55,131 nucleotides of DNA from contig JACESM010000001.1 of the NCBI GenBank assembly GCA_013911835.1, positions 1 to 55,131 of the forward strand. Direction: 5' to 3'. Shown piece after piece: positions 9,659 through 21,938 of the stretch; the stretch's first letter is position 1, and the number at the start of each line of letters is the position of its first letter. A program made the translations under genes and the position numbers. The stretch is from Porphyrobacter sp. GTDB taxonomy: Bacteria > Pseudomonadota > Alphaproteobacteria > Sphingomonadales > Sphingomonadaceae. Under the pieces are notes generated by a model that did not search any database, was not told the origin of the DNA, and saw only the letters and a list, made by a program, of their open reading frames with translations.

Positions 9659-11191
9659 TTGTCCGCCAACATCGCCGAAATGGAACGCCGCCGCGAAGCT
9701 GCCCGCATGGGCGGCGGAGCCAAGCGCATCGAAGCCCAGCACGCCAAGGGCAAGCTGACCGCGCGCGAGCGGCTCGACGTGCTGCTCGACGAAGGCTCGT
9801 TTGAGGAAGTCGACGCTTACGTTGAGCACGACTGCATCGATTTCGGCATGGAGACCCAGCGCATTCCCGGCGACGGCGTGGTGACCGGCAGCGGCACGAT
9901 CAATGGCCGGTTGGTCTATGTGTTCTCGCAGGACTTCACCGTGTTCGGCGGCTCGCTCTCCAAGCGCCACGCCGAGAAGATCTGCAAGGTGATGGACACC
10001 GCGCTGAAGGTCGGCGCGCCGGTGATCGGTCTGAACGATTCGGGCGGGGCGCGCATTCAGGAGGGTGTGGCGAGCCTCGGCGGCTATGCCGAGGTGTTCC
10101 AGCGCAATGTGCTCGCCTCCGGCGTCGTCCCCCAGATCAGCCTCATCATGGGGCCATGCGCGGGCGGGGCGGTGTACTCGCCTGCCATGACCGACTTCAT
10201 CTTCATGGTGAAGGATTCGAGCTACATGTTCGTCACAGGGCCCGAGGTGGTGAAGACTGTCACCAACGAGGTCGTGACGCAGGAGGAACTGGGCGGGGCG
10301 ATCACCCACACCACCAAGACCTCGGTCGCCGACCTCGCCTACGAGAACGACATCGAGGCGCTGCTGGCCACCCGCCGCTTCTTCGACTTCCTGCCGCTCT
10401 CCAACCGCGAAGTCGGGCCCACGCTCCCGACCAGCGACCCGTGGGACCGCTTGGAGAACAGCCTCGACACGCTGATCCCCGACAACGCCAACCAGCCTTA
10501 CGACATGCACGAAGTCATCACCAAGGTGCTGGACGAGGGCGACTTTTTTGAAATTCAGCCCGCGCATGCAGGCAATATCCTGTGCGGTTTCGGCCGCGTG
10601 GAGGGCCGCACCGTGGGTGTGGTGGCAAACCAGCCGATGGTGCTCGCGGGCGTGCTCGACATCAATTCCTCGAAGAAAGCCGCGCGCTTCGTGCGCTTCT
10701 GCGATGCCTTCGAGATCCCGATCATCACCTTCGTCGACGTCCCCGGCTTCCTCCCCGGCACGTCGCAGGAATTGGGCGGGATCATCAAGCACGGCGCGAA
10801 ACTGCTGTTCGCCTATGCCGAGGCGACCGTGCCCAAGATCACCGTCATCACCCGCAAGGCTTACGGCGGGGCGTATGATGTGATGGCATCGAAGCACCTG
10901 AGGGGCGATTTGAACTATGCGTGGCCCACGGCGGAGATCGCGGTGATGGGCGCCAAGGGCGCGGTGGAGATCATCTTCCGCTCAGAGAAGGACGACCCCG
11001 CCAAGATCGCCGAGCGGACCAAGGAATACGAAGACCGCTTCGCCAACCCCTTCGTGGCGGCCCAGCGCGGCTATATCGACGAGGTGATCCACCCGCACTC
11101 GACGCGGAAGCGGATCGCGCTGGGGCTACGCAAGCTGCGGACGAAGCAGTTGGAGAACCCGTGGAAGAAGCATGACAATATTCCGCTGTGA
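9659..11191 (+). CDS. pccB: Propionyl-CoA carboxylase beta subunit
   Basis: [45 protein letters not shown] end; TTG start downstream of AGGAGG; clustered with mce and scpA. Confidence 0.95.
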   Translation: MSANIAEMERRREAARMGGGAKRIEAQHAKGKLTARERLDVLLDEGSFEEVDAYVEHDCIDFGMETQRIPGDGVVTGSGTINGRLVYVFSQDFTVFGGSLSKRHAEKICKVMDTALKVGAPVIGLNDSGGARIQEGVASLGGYAEVFQRNVLASGVVPQISLIMGPCAGGAVYSPAMTDFIFMVKDSSYMFVTGPEVVKTVTNEVVTQEELGGAITHTTKTSVADLAYENDIEALLATRRFFDFLPLSNREVGPTLPTSDPWDRLENSLDTLIPDNANQPYDMHEVITKVLDEGDFFEIQPAHAGNILCGFGRVEGRTVGVVANQPMVLAGVLDINSSKKAARFVRFCDAFEIPIITFVDVPGFLPGTSQELGGIIKHGAKLLFAYAEATVPKITVITRKAYGGAYDVMASKHLRGDLNYAWPTAEIAVMGAKGAVEIIFRSEKDDPAKIAERTKEYEDRFANPFVAAQRGYIDEVIHPHSTRKRIALGLRKLRTKQLENPWKKHDNIPL

Positions 11192-11200
11192 GGTGACGAT

Positions 11201-11467
11201 ATGGACACACCCCTAAATCAGTTGATCTTCATGGGGTTTTGGACCGCTGGCGCTGCTTTCGTCGCTTTCTTAGCGGTATGGCGCTTGCGAGATGGCCTTA
11301 GAACGCGTCGCTTCTGGCATCCGCTATATCAGGTGGCTGAGGAGAAGCATCCCACTTGGTTCGAGCTTGAAAAGGCGATGACCGTGATGCTCGCCGCAGT
11401 GGCGTCCTTGTTTTTCGCTATTGGACTGATCGTATTGCTCGGTCTCTTGTTCGGGAAATTGTCATGA
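11201..11467 (+). CDS. Hypothetical 2-TM membrane protein
   Basis: 88-aa ORF with GAGGTG SD and two hydrophobic segments; AT-richer than its neighbours. Confidence 0.65.
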   Translation: MDTPLNQLIFMGFWTAGAAFVAFLAVWRLRDGLRTRRFWHPLYQVAEEKHPTWFELEKAMTVMLAAVASLFFAIGLIVLLGLLFGKLS

Positions 11468-11517
11468 AACTCGGACGACTGAACCACATCGGGGTCGCCA
11501 ACCTCTCCATCGCTTGA
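11464..11517 (+). pseudogene. Truncated duplicate of the mce 5' end (MKLGRLNHIGVANLSIA*)
   Basis: 44 of the first 50 nt match 12061-12110; stop after 17 codons. Confidence 0.9.
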
Positions 11518-11553
11518 ACCATACGAGCTTACACATTATAAGGACATTGTAAG
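11514..11553 (+). promoter_or_regulatory. Sigma70-type promoter with overlapping inverted-repeat operator
   Basis: TTGAAC(11514)-N17-TATAAG(11537). CTTACA(11528)...TGTAAG(11548) straddles the -10. Confidence 0.6.
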
Positions 11554-11564
11554 GAGTGTCCGTC

Positions 11565-11852
11565 ATGCAAACCGAACGCGTCACCTATCTCACCAATGCC
11601 GAGCAGAAAGCTGCGCTCGAAGCCTTTGCCAAGGCGCGCGGAGAATCGGTGGGCAACATCGTGCGTGAAGCCGTTGCCGAATATATGACCAAGCCGTCGG
11701 CGGAGGAGGAGGCGGAGCTTATCGCGCTCACGCAGCAGGTCAATGAAGCCATTCCGCGCATGAATGCCACACTGGACCGGATCAGCGACACCATTCGTAA
11801 CACCCGCGCCGAAATGGACGCTTTCTTCCGGGAAAAGGGCATTCGCAAGTGA
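11565..11852 (+). CDS. Ribbon-helix-helix (CopG-like) protein with C-terminal coiled coil
   Basis: RVTYL strand plus QKAALEAFAKARGESVGNIVREAVAEY helices; AAGGAG SD. Confidence 0.7.
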   Translation: MQTERVTYLTNAEQKAALEAFAKARGESVGNIVREAVAEYMTKPSAEEEAELIALTQQVNEAIPRMNATLDRISDTIRNTRAEMDAFFREKGIRK

Positions 11853-12064
11853 GCGCAGTCGGCGATGCGTTCAGCGCACTTCGCAACGTGGTGTTGATGG
11901 AAGACCGCCTGTCTCGCGTCGAGCAGGACATGGCGGGGCTTGCTTCGGACCTGTCCGATCTCAAGAACTACACGCACGAAATCGACAAGCGCGTCGTGCG
12001 CATCGAAACCATGATCGAAATGACCGCACGCGCACCGCGTCAACCACGGATCGAAGAACAATGA
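11849..12064 (+). CDS. Small coiled-coil hypothetical protein
   Basis: GTGA overlap with the RHH gene and ATGA overlap with mce; heptad-like pattern. Confidence 0.65.
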   Translation: MSAVGDAFSALRNVVLMEDRLSRVEQDMAGLASDLSDLKNYTHEIDKRVVRIETMIEMTARAPRQPRIEEQ

Positions 12065-12513
12065 AACTCGGCCGCTTGAACCACATCGGGGTCGCCACGC
12101 CCTCCATCGCGGACTCGATCGCCTTCTACCGCGACGTCATGGGCGCGACCAAGATCCACACGCCGTTCGACCTTGAAGAACAGGGCGTGAAGGTCTGCTT
12201 CGTCGACACGCCGGGCGCGGATAGCGCCATGAACGGCACGCAGATCGAGCTGATCGAGCCGCTGGGGGAGAACTCCACGCTCGCAGGCTTCATCGCCAAG
12301 AACCCCTTGGGCGGGCAGCATCACCTGTGCTTCGAGGTGCCCGACATCGCCGAGGCGCGCAGCGAGTTCGAGGCGCTCGGCAAGCGCATCCTCGGCCCCA
12401 CCCGCATCGGCGCGCACGGCACCCCTATCTTTTTCGTCCATCCCAAGGACATGGGCGGCATGCTTACCGAGATCATGGAAACGCCCAAAGAGGGCAAGCA
12501 CTGGTCGAATTAG
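12061..12513 (+). CDS. mce: Methylmalonyl-CoA epimerase
   Basis: VOC fold: LNHIGVA, IELIEP, GGQHHLCFEV, FVHPKDMGGMLTE. Confidence 0.95.
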   Translation: MKLGRLNHIGVATPSIADSIAFYRDVMGATKIHTPFDLEEQGVKVCFVDTPGADSAMNGTQIELIEPLGENSTLAGFIAKNPLGGQHHLCFEVPDIAEARSEFEALGKRILGPTRIGAHGTPIFFVHPKDMGGMLTEIMETPKEGKHWSN

Positions 12514-12520
12514 TCTAATC

Positions 12521-12586
12521 CGTCACCCCGGCCCCCGAGCCGGGGGCGCTTGCGGCTAGCGGTCCCGGATCAAGTCCGGGACGACG
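12521..12586. repeat. Intergenic palindromic REP/RPE-like element
   Basis: CGTCACCCCGG...CCCGGATCAAGTCCGGGACGACG; same CGTC...GACG ends and arm layout as 2571-2659. Confidence 0.7.
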
Positions 12587-12602
12587 AAATGGAGAGAGAA
12601 GA

Positions 12603-13388
12603 ATGTCCTACGAAACCATCCGCGTCACCCGTGACGGCCCGCTGCTCACCATCACCCTGAACCGCCCCGAGCGGCTCAATGCCATGCCGCCCGCGATGGC
12701 GGACGAGCTGGGGCAGGCGTTCTATGACCTTGGGGACGCGCGGGCAGTGCTGATCACCGGCGAGGGGAAGGGCTTCTGCTCGGGCGCGGACCTGTCGGCA
12801 CGCGGCGACGGTTCGGCGCTCGGCGGGAAGGGCGGCAGCCACGAGGCGCTGGTCAATCACTACAACCCCGCGATCAGCCAGCTGATCCGCGCTAGCGTGC
12901 CGGTGATCTGCGCGGTCAACGGCCCGGCGGCGGGGGTGGGGTGCTCGCTGGCGCTGGCGGCGGATTTCACCATTGCCGCCAAGAGCGCCTATTTCCTGCA
13001 GGCCTTCGTCAATATCGGCCTGGTGCCCGATGGCGGCTCGACCTGGCTGCTCACCCGCGCCATCGGCCGCGCGCGCGCCACGCGGATGATGATGCTCGGT
13101 GAGAAAATCTCTGGCGAACAGGCCGAGGAATGGGGCCTCGTCTACAAGTGCGTCGAGGATGCCGACCTGATGACCGAAGCCCGCGCGCTGGCGGAGAAGC
13201 TCGCCAATGGCCCGACGGTCGCCTACGCCACGATGAAGCGCAACATTGCCACCGCGCTCGACCAGAACCTCCAGATGGTGCTGCTCGCCGAGGCCGAGGG
13301 TCAGCGGATCGCGGGCGCGACCAAGGACGCGATGGAGGGCGGCATGGCCTTCCTCCAGAAGCGGAAAGCGGAATTCAAGGGTCAATAG
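12603..13388 (+). CDS. Enoyl-CoA hydratase/isomerase (PaaG-like)
   Basis: TLNRPERLNA, FCSGADL, AVNGPAAGVG, IGLVPDGG. Confidence 0.9.
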   Translation: MSYETIRVTRDGPLLTITLNRPERLNAMPPAMADELGQAFYDLGDARAVLITGEGKGFCSGADLSARGDGSALGGKGGSHEALVNHYNPAISQLIRASVPVICAVNGPAAGVGCSLALAADFTIAAKSAYFLQAFVNIGLVPDGGSTWLLTRAIGRARATRMMMLGEKISGEQAEEWGLVYKCVEDADLMTEARALAEKLANGPTVAYATMKRNIATALDQNLQMVLLAEAEGQRIAGATKDAMEGGMAFLQKRKAEFKGQ

Positions 13389-13511
13389 TCGGTCAGACTA
13401 TTGACCCGCAGCCCCCGCGCAGGCGGGGACCCAGCTTACTTTTGCGCCATGGATGCTGGAACGGAAGTCACCACAGGTGAAACAAGTTCAGCATGACGGG
13501 ATTGTATAGGC

Positions 13512-15761
<2,250 letters not shown>

Positions 15762-15763
15762 CC

Positions 15764-15997
15764 ATGCCCACAGTGATGCGGATCGGCGCGTTTCGGTTCT
15801 ACTTCTACAGCCACGAACCGAACGAGCCGCCGCATATCCACATCGACCGCGGCGAGGCGACGATCAAGGTCTGGCTCGGCAGTCTTGAAGTCGCGCGGAG
15901 CCGGGGCTTTCGCGCGCACGAAATCAATGGCATTGTGACCATGGTTGCAGAGCATCAGACGGCGCTGACGGAGGCATGGCATGAATATTTCGGCTAA
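15764..15997 (+). CDS. DUF4160-family protein
   Basis: MPTVMRIGAFRFYFYSHEPNEPPHIHI ... EAWHEYFG pattern. Confidence 0.8.
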   Translation: MPTVMRIGAFRFYFYSHEPNEPPHIHIDRGEATIKVWLGSLEVARSRGFRAHEINGIVTMVAEHQTALTEAWHEYFG

Positions 15998-16241
15998 GGT
16001 GACCGACGAACGCGTGCTCGACGTGCGCTTCGATGACGCTAGCCTGATTGTCGATCTGATGGATGGCCGGACGATTGCCGTGCCGCTGGCATGGTATCCT
16101 CGTCTCTTGCACGCAACACCTGAGCAGCGCGCACATTGGGAGAAGGCCGGAGCGGGTTACGGAATCCACTGGCCCGAGATTGATGAAGACCTCAGCACCG
16201 AAGGTCTGCTGCGAGGCGCTTCGGCGCCAAAGGCGGCCTAG
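15981..16241 (+). CDS. DUF2442-family protein
   Basis: LMDGRTIAVPLAWYPRLLHAT, GIHWPEIDEDLS; overlaps the DUF4160 gene. Confidence 0.85.
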   Translation: MNISAKVTDERVLDVRFDDASLIVDLMDGRTIAVPLAWYPRLLHATPEQRAHWEKAGAGYGIHWPEIDEDLSTEGLLRGASAPKAA

Positions 16242-16250
16242 GATAAGAAA

Positions 16251-16502
16251 GTGATTTTTCTGCGCTTGGTTGGGATTGGTCTGCTCGTCCTCGTGGGCAG
16301 CGCGTGTTGGCTGGCCGTCTTCAACTTGCCGCTGTTGATGTTTTCCCAGCTTGGCTTTTGTGAGAGCGCCGCAGAACTATCGAAGCCAAATCCCGATTGT
16401 CCCGAGCCCCTTTGGTTCTGGATCGGAAACGTATGCGTTCCTCTGCTTCTGGCAGCCGCCGGGGTTCGGAAGGGCCGCAAGATTGTGAAAGAGCGAAGCT
16501 AA
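16251..16502 (+). CDS. Hypothetical small membrane protein
   Basis: 83-aa ORF filling the gap before bioB; two hydrophobic stretches and Cys residues. Confidence 0.5.
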   Translation: MIFLRLVGIGLLVLVGSACWLAVFNLPLLMFSQLGFCESAAELSKPNPDCPEPLWFWIGNVCVPLLLAAAGVRKGRKIVKERS

Positions 16503-17522
16503 GTGCCACCTACTGAGCAACTCCGCACCGACTGGACCCGCACCGAAATCGCGGCCCTCTTTGATCTCCCATTCACCGAACTGCTGTTCCAGTCCGCCAG
16601 CGTCCACCGTGCGCACCACCCTGCGACCGAAGTCCAGCTGTGCACCCTGCTCAGCATCAAGACCGGCGGGTGTCCGGAGGATTGCGGCTATTGCTCGCAG
16701 TCGGTCCACGCCGACAGCGGCGTCGAGGCGACCAAGCTGATGGACGTGCAGGCCGTGCTCCAGCGCGCGGCGCAGGCCAAGGATGCAGGCTCGCAGCGCT
16801 TCTGCATGGGCGCGGCGTGGCGCAATCCCAAGGACCGTGACATGCCCGCGATCGTCGAGATCGTGAAGGGCGTCTCCGCCATGGGTCTTGAGACCTGCAT
16901 GACGCTGGGGATGCTCGAGCCGCATCAGGCCGAGATGCTCGCGGAAGCGGGCCTCGATTACTACAACCACAATATCGACAGCTCGCCGGAGTATTACGAG
17001 CGCGTCATCTCCACCCGCGATTTCCAGTGCCGGCTCGATACGCTCGATCACGTGCGCAAGGCCGGGATCAACGTATGCAGCGGCGGGATCGTCGGCATGG
17101 GCGAGACGCGCGAGGACCGGGTGGGCTTCATCCACACCCTCGCGACCCTTCCGCAGCATCCCGAAAGCGTGCCGGTCAATGCGCTGGTGCCGGTGAAGGG
17201 CACGGTGTTGGGCAATATGCTCGCCGATACGCCGCTGGCCAAAATCGACGACATCGAGTTCGTCCGCACCGTCGCGGTGGCGCGCATCACCATGCCCCGC
17301 TCGATGGTGCGGCTCTCGGCGGGGCGCGAGTCGATGTCCGAGGCGACGCAGGCCCTGTGCTTCCTCGCAGGCGCGAATTCGATCTTCACCGGCGACAAGC
17401 TGCTGACTGCGCCCAACGCGGGCGACGACAAGGACGGCGCGCTGTTTGCCAAGCTGGGCCTCACCGCGCTTAAGGGCGTGGAACCTGCGCGGGTGTGCAA
17501 GGCGGCGGTGGCGGCGGAATGA
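16503..17522 (+). CDS. bioB: Biotin synthase
   Basis: Radical [46 protein letters not shown]. Confidence 0.97.
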   Translation: MPPTEQLRTDWTRTEIAALFDLPFTELLFQSASVHRAHHPATEVQLCTLLSIKTGGCPEDCGYCSQSVHADSGVEATKLMDVQAVLQRAAQAKDAGSQRFCMGAAWRNPKDRDMPAIVEIVKGVSAMGLETCMTLGMLEPHQAEMLAEAGLDYYNHNIDSSPEYYERVISTRDFQCRLDTLDHVRKAGINVCSGGIVGMGETREDRVGFIHTLATLPQHPESVPVNALVPVKGTVLGNMLADTPLAKIDDIEFVRTVAVARITMPRSMVRLSAGRESMSEATQALCFLAGANSIFTGDKLLTAPNAGDDKDGALFAKLGLTALKGVEPARVCKAAVAAE

Positions 17523-18361
17523 TCGGCCTGCTGGCGGCGGCGGCGCTTGCTGCGGCACCCGCGCCGCAGCCGCTGCCGCAGCCGCAGCCGCTGATGATCG
17601 GCGAGACCGTCACCCTCGAAGCCCTCGGCGCCGAGCGGCAGGTCAACATCGTCCTGCCGCCCGACTACGCCAAGGAGCCCGAGAAGCGCTGGCCGGTGGT
17701 CTACCAGCTCGACGGGGCGATGGGCCAGGACCTGATGATGGGCACCGGCCTGATGCGCTGGGGCGCGCTGTGGGGGCGGAGCGCGGATGCGATTGTCGTC
17801 GGGATCGAGACGAAGGATCGCCAGCGCGAACTGCTCCCCGCAAGCGCCGACCCCGCCGAGGTCAAACGCTGGCCCACCGCAGGCGAAAGCGCCGCCTTTC
17901 GCGCTTGGATCGCAGACACGGTCAAGCCGCTCATTGAGGCCCGCTACCGCACCGATGGCCGCGCCCTCCTCGTCGGCGAAAGCGCGGCGGGGCATTTCGT
18001 GGTCGAGACATGGGCCGAGGCGCCCGCGCTGTTCACCGGTTACGCCGCGATCAGCCCGAGCCTGCAATGGGATTTCGAGGCGCTGAGCCGCACGCCCTTG
18101 GGCGAGGGACTGCGCCCCCCGCTCTACCTCAGCCTTGCCGACGAGGGCGGGGCGACCGAGAGCGGGGCGCTGCGGCTGCTTGAGGCGCTGCCCCCGGGCC
18201 AGCCCTTTTGCTTCTCCGACCGCCGCAGGGACCTGCGCCACGCGACCGCGCTCCACGGCCTCTTGCCCGAAGCGCTGCAATATCTCATGCCGACCAAGGC
18301 CGATTGGCTGGAGGAATACGGCATGGTCTTGCGGTGCGAAAAGCGGGACGGGCAGGGGTGA
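17519..18361 (+). CDS. Secreted alpha/beta hydrolase (IroE-like esterase)
   Basis: Signal peptide, [20 protein letters not shown] nucleophile elbow, AISPSL. Confidence 0.8.
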   Translation: MIGLLAAAALAAAPAPQPLPQPQPLMIGETVTLEALGAERQVNIVLPPDYAKEPEKRWPVVYQLDGAMGQDLMMGTGLMRWGALWGRSADAIVVGIETKDRQRELLPASADPAEVKRWPTAGESAAFRAWIADTVKPLIEARYRTDGRALLVGESAAGHFVVETWAEAPALFTGYAAISPSLQWDFEALSRTPLGEGLRPPLYLSLADEGGATESGALRLLEALPPGQPFCFSDRRRDLRHATALHGLLPEALQYLMPTKADWLEEYGMVLRCEKRDGQG

Positions 18362-18419
18362 TCCGTCCGGCCGCGATTCAAATTCGGCGGACGTCCGAGC
18401 ATACGCTCGAGGCATCGTG

Positions 18420-18746
18420 ATGCAGCGACAACGGACGATGACCCTGCAGCGTTTGATCCTGGCGCTGCTGGGTGCGGCTTGGCTCACCTTGGTGTTGAGC
18501 GATCATGGTGTCCTGACGGGCTCCAGAGGCACCTATTATCCGGGCAGGTTTACCACAACCGGAGAACCCTTCGAGTCTGTAAGATGCAACTATTGGACCG
18601 GAATTGGCAGGCACTACGTTTACAAGTCGGGCGCTCCGGGCCGTGTGCGCTGCGACAGGGCGGTGCGGTGCGGCTGGAGCATAAATTGGCACGCAATCGG
18701 CAAGAGATGCGAAGCGGCGAACTCGACGACGCCCCAAATCCGCTAG
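18420..18746 (+). CDS. Hypothetical Cys-containing exported protein
   Basis: Hydrophobic N-terminus LILALLGAAWLTLVL, four Cys; start uncertain (18420 or 18438). Confidence 0.5.
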   Translation: MQRQRTMTLQRLILALLGAAWLTLVLSDHGVLTGSRGTYYPGRFTTTGEPFESVRCNYWTGIGRHYVYKSGAPGRVRCDRAVRCGWSINWHAIGKRCEAANSTTPQIR

Positions 18747-18793
18747 CTTGCCTGCCAGCCAATCCCTCGGCATAGCCAAACCAAGGAATTGCC

Positions 18794-19309
18794 ATGGAGA
18801 GAGGTTTTCCGCGCGTGACTGCGATGCTGCCAAACCGGGGTCATGCCGCGCTGCTGTGCAGTGCGGTGCTGGCGATTGCGGTCGCGTCGGCTGCGATGCC
18901 CTTTCCGGCGCTGGCCTGCGGTCAGGAAGCGGCCCGGGCGGCTGGGCGGCAGCAACAGAAGATCCGGGCGGACTCTCGCAAGGTGCGCGGCGTGTTCACC
19001 ATCACGCGGGTTGAAAGCCGGGAGGTTGTCGATGCCGAATGGACCGATGGTTCGGGCAACCAGCAGCGATCAGCCTATACCCAAAGGACAATCTACGGAA
19101 CGGTCGCCAGCGCCAAGGGTAAAAGCTTTGAGACTGTACACGAAGATTCGGATCTCTTCCTGCTGTGCTCCGCCACGGTAAAACCAAGTCTGGATTCAAT
19201 CGGCACCTTTTACCTGTCGCGCCGACCGGGCACAGACGGGCGCTATGCTCTGATCGACTATGCGGGCAACCCGCTTCCGCAAACCTCACCCCAAGCCACA
19301 GACAGATAG
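18794..19309 (+). CDS. Hypothetical exported protein
   Basis: Signal-like segment ending PALAC; ends 6 nt before pccA; start uncertain. Confidence 0.55.
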   Translation: MERGFPRVTAMLPNRGHAALLCSAVLAIAVASAAMPFPALACGQEAARAAGRQQQKIRADSRKVRGVFTITRVESREVVDAEWTDGSGNQQRSAYTQRTIYGTVASAKGKSFETVHEDSDLFLLCSATVKPSLDSIGTFYLSRRPGTDGRYALIDYAGNPLPQTSPQATDR

Positions 19310-19315
19310 GCAACG

Positions 19316-21361
19316 ATGTTCAGCAAAATCCTGATTGCCAACCGCGGCGAGATCGCCTGCCGGGTTATCGCCACTGCCCGCAAGATGGGGATCAAGACCG
19401 TCGCGGTCTATTCCGACGCTGACGCGCGCGCGCCTTTCGTGGCGATGGCGGACGAGGCGGTGCATATCGGCCCTTCGCCCGCGGCGGAATCCTATCTGAT
19501 CGCCGACAAGATCATCGCCGCGTGCAAGCAAACCGGCGCAGAGGCGGTGCACCCCGGCTACGGCTTCCTCTCGGAACGCACCTCCTTTGCCGAGGCGCTC
19601 GCCAAGGAGAACATCGCATTCATCGGCCCGCCGGTCGGCGCGATTGCCGCCATGGGCGACAAGATCGAATCCAAGAAGCTGGCGAAAGAGGCGGGCGTCA
19701 ATGTCGTCCCCGGTTTCGTCGGCGAGATCGAGGATACCGAACACGCGGTGCGGATCTCGAACGAGATCGGCTATCCGGTGATGATGAAGGCCTCGGCCGG
19801 CGGCGGGGGCAAGGGGATGCGCCTTGCCTATAATGAGGCCGACGTGCGTGAGGGCTTTGAAAGCGTCAAGCGCGAAGGGCTGAACAGCTTCGGTGATGAC
19901 CGCGTGTTCATCGAGAAGTTCATCTTGAACCCGCGCCACATCGAGATCCAGATCCTCGGCGACCAGCACGGCAATATCCTCTATCTCAACGAGCGCGAAT
20001 GCTCGATCCAGCGCCGCCACCAGAAGGTGGTCGAGGAAGCGCCGTCGCCCTTCGTGACGCCCAAGATGCGCAAGGCGATGGGCGAGCAATGCGTCGCGCT
20101 GGCGCGGGCGGTGGGTTATTACAGCGCGGGCACCGTCGAACTGATCGTCAGCGGCGCGGATCCGACGGGGGAGAGCTTCTACTTCCTCGAAATGAACACC
20201 CGGCTTCAGGTCGAACACCCCGTCACCGAGGCGATCACCGGGATCGATCTTGTCGAGCAGATGATCCGCGTTGCCGCTGGTGAAAAACTGGCGATGACGC
20301 AGGACGATATCGGGATCGACGGCTGGGCAATCGAGAACCGCGTCTATGCCGAAGACCCCTATCGCGGCTTCCTGCCCTCCAGCGGGCGGCTGGTCCATTA
20401 CAGCCCGCCGCTCCCCGGCTGGCAGGAAGACGAGACCGTTGCGGGCAAGGCGCGGCGCGGTGTTGCGCGCGGCACCGGGTCGGTGCGGGTCGATGACGGC
20501 GTCTATGAGGGCGGCGAGGTGTCGCGCTTCTACGATCCGATGATCGCCAAGCTGATCACTTGGGCGCCCACGCGCCATGAAGCGGCGGACTTGCAGATCG
20601 AGGCGCTCGACCATTTCCGCATCAAGGGATTGGGCCACAACGTCGATTTCCTCAGTGCGATCATGCAGCACCCGCGCTTCCGTTCGGGCGAGCTCACCAC
20701 CGGGTTCATCGCCGAGGAATATCCCGAAGGCTTCCACGGCGCAGCGACCGACATCGCGCTCAAGCGCAAGTTGGCAGGCTTGGGCGCGACGCTGATGCAC
20801 GCGATCGAAGGCCGGGCCCGCGACATCAGCGGGCAGCTTGCCGATACGCTTGACGCCCCGACGCACTGGTCGGTGACGGTTGGCGGCGAGACTTTCGCGG
20901 TCGATCTTTCCAGCCTCGAGGAAGCGATCACGGTCGACGGCGAGCCGCTGACCGTTCGGCACGAATATGCGATCGGTGCGGTCGCCGTCACCGCCACCGT
21001 CGACGGCGAGCCGATCACCGTCCAGCTTGAGCGCACCCTCACCGGCTTCGTCATGACCACCCGCGGCGCGAAGCACGCGGTGCGAATCCTGCCGGCGCGG
21101 ATCGCGCAACATGCAGCGCTCATGCTCGAGAAGGTGCCGCCCGATCTTTCGCGCCTCCTCATCTGTCCGATGCCCGGGATGCTGGTGAAGTTGCACGTGG
21201 CGGAAGGCGAGACCGTGCAGCCCGGTCAGCCGCTCGCCACGGTCGAGGCGATGAAGATGGAGAACATCCTGCGCGCCGAGAAAGAGGGCGTGATCGCCAA
21301 GATCAACGCCGCCGAGGGCGAGAGCCTTGCGGTTGATGCGGTGATCCTCGAACTGGAGTGA
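19316..21361 (+). CDS. pccA: Propionyl-CoA carboxylase alpha subunit (biotin carboxylase plus BCCP)
   Basis: KILIANRGEIA, HPGYGFLSE, GGGGKGMR, EMNTRLQVEH, EAMKM biotin site. Confidence 0.95.
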   Translation: MFSKILIANRGEIACRVIATARKMGIKTVAVYSDADARAPFVAMADEAVHIGPSPAAESYLIADKIIAACKQTGAEAVHPGYGFLSERTSFAEALAKENIAFIGPPVGAIAAMGDKIESKKLAKEAGVNVVPGFVGEIEDTEHAVRISNEIGYPVMMKASAGGGGKGMRLAYNEADVREGFESVKREGLNSFGDDRVFIEKFILNPRHIEIQILGDQHGNILYLNERECSIQRRHQKVVEEAPSPFVTPKMRKAMGEQCVALARAVGYYSAGTVELIVSGADPTGESFYFLEMNTRLQVEHPVTEAITGIDLVEQMIRVAAGEKLAMTQDDIGIDGWAIENRVYAEDPYRGFLPSSGRLVHYSPPLPGWQEDETVAGKARRGVARGTGSVRVDDGVYEGGEVSRFYDPMIAKLITWAPTRHEAADLQIEALDHFRIKGLGHNVDFLSAIMQHPRFRSGELTTGFIAEEYPEGFHGAATDIALKRKLAGLGATLMHAIEGRARDISGQLADTLDAPTHWSVTVGGETFAVDLSSLEEAITVDGEPLTVRHEYAIGAVAVTATVDGEPITVQLERTLTGFVMTTRGAKHAVRILPARIAQHAALMLEKVPPDLSRLLICPMPGMLVKLHVAEGETVQPGQPLATVEAMKMENILRAEKEGVIAKINAAEGESLAVDAVILELE

Positions 21362-21468
21362 GCGGCAAACAGGGCTTCCCGCGCGCAAAATGATTGCGAA
21401 ATGCAACTTACTATTGGCACGCGGCGCCGAGCTGCTAGACAGAGCGCTCCTTGAACGGAAGGGACGCT

Positions 21469-21870
21469 ATGATCTTGCCGATTACCTCACTCACCGCAGC
21501 CGCTCTCGCGCTGCTCTTGCTGGCGCTGGCGGTGGAGACCGTTTCCAAGCGTCTCAAGCTCAAGGCGGCATTTGGCGATGCGGATGACCGCGGCCTGATC
21601 GCCGCATCGCGCAGCCATGGCAACCTCGCCGAGCATGCACCGATCGTGCTGATTATGCTCGGGCTGCTTGAGTATGGCGGCACCAATGCGACCATGCTGA
21701 CCGCGCTTGCCGGGGCGTTTGTTGTGGGCCGGATCGCGCATGCGATCGGGCTTCACCAGAACGCGGAACCCGGCAAGGCCCCGCTGCTGCGTCAGATCGG
21801 CGTGATTCTGACCTGGCTGATCATGCTGGTGTTAGCCTGCTTGCTCATTCTGATGGTTGTCGCCAAGTAA
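21469..21870 (+). CDS. MAPEG family membrane protein
   Basis: SRSHGNLAEHAP and GRIAHAIG motifs; four TM segments. Confidence 0.85.
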   Translation: MILPITSLTAAALALLLLALAVETVSKRLKLKAAFGDADDRGLIAASRSHGNLAEHAPIVLIMLGLLEYGGTNATMLTALAGAFVVGRIAHAIGLHQNAEPGKAPLLRQIGVILTWLIMLVLACLLILMVVAK

Positions 21871-21938
21871 CGCTGCTGCCCCGCCACGCGCCGGTCTTCG
21901 CCGCCTTGCTGGCCGAGCGCCGCGCTGATGCGGGCACG

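Noticed and set aside
16503-17522. bioB inside the pcc operon as a novelty
   Set aside because: Supplies biotin for the carboxylase; an expected metabolic linkage.
20401-20490. Loop insertion in PccA before VRVDDG
   Set aside because: This loop is length-variable in alphaproteobacterial PccA; no repeat or mobile signature.
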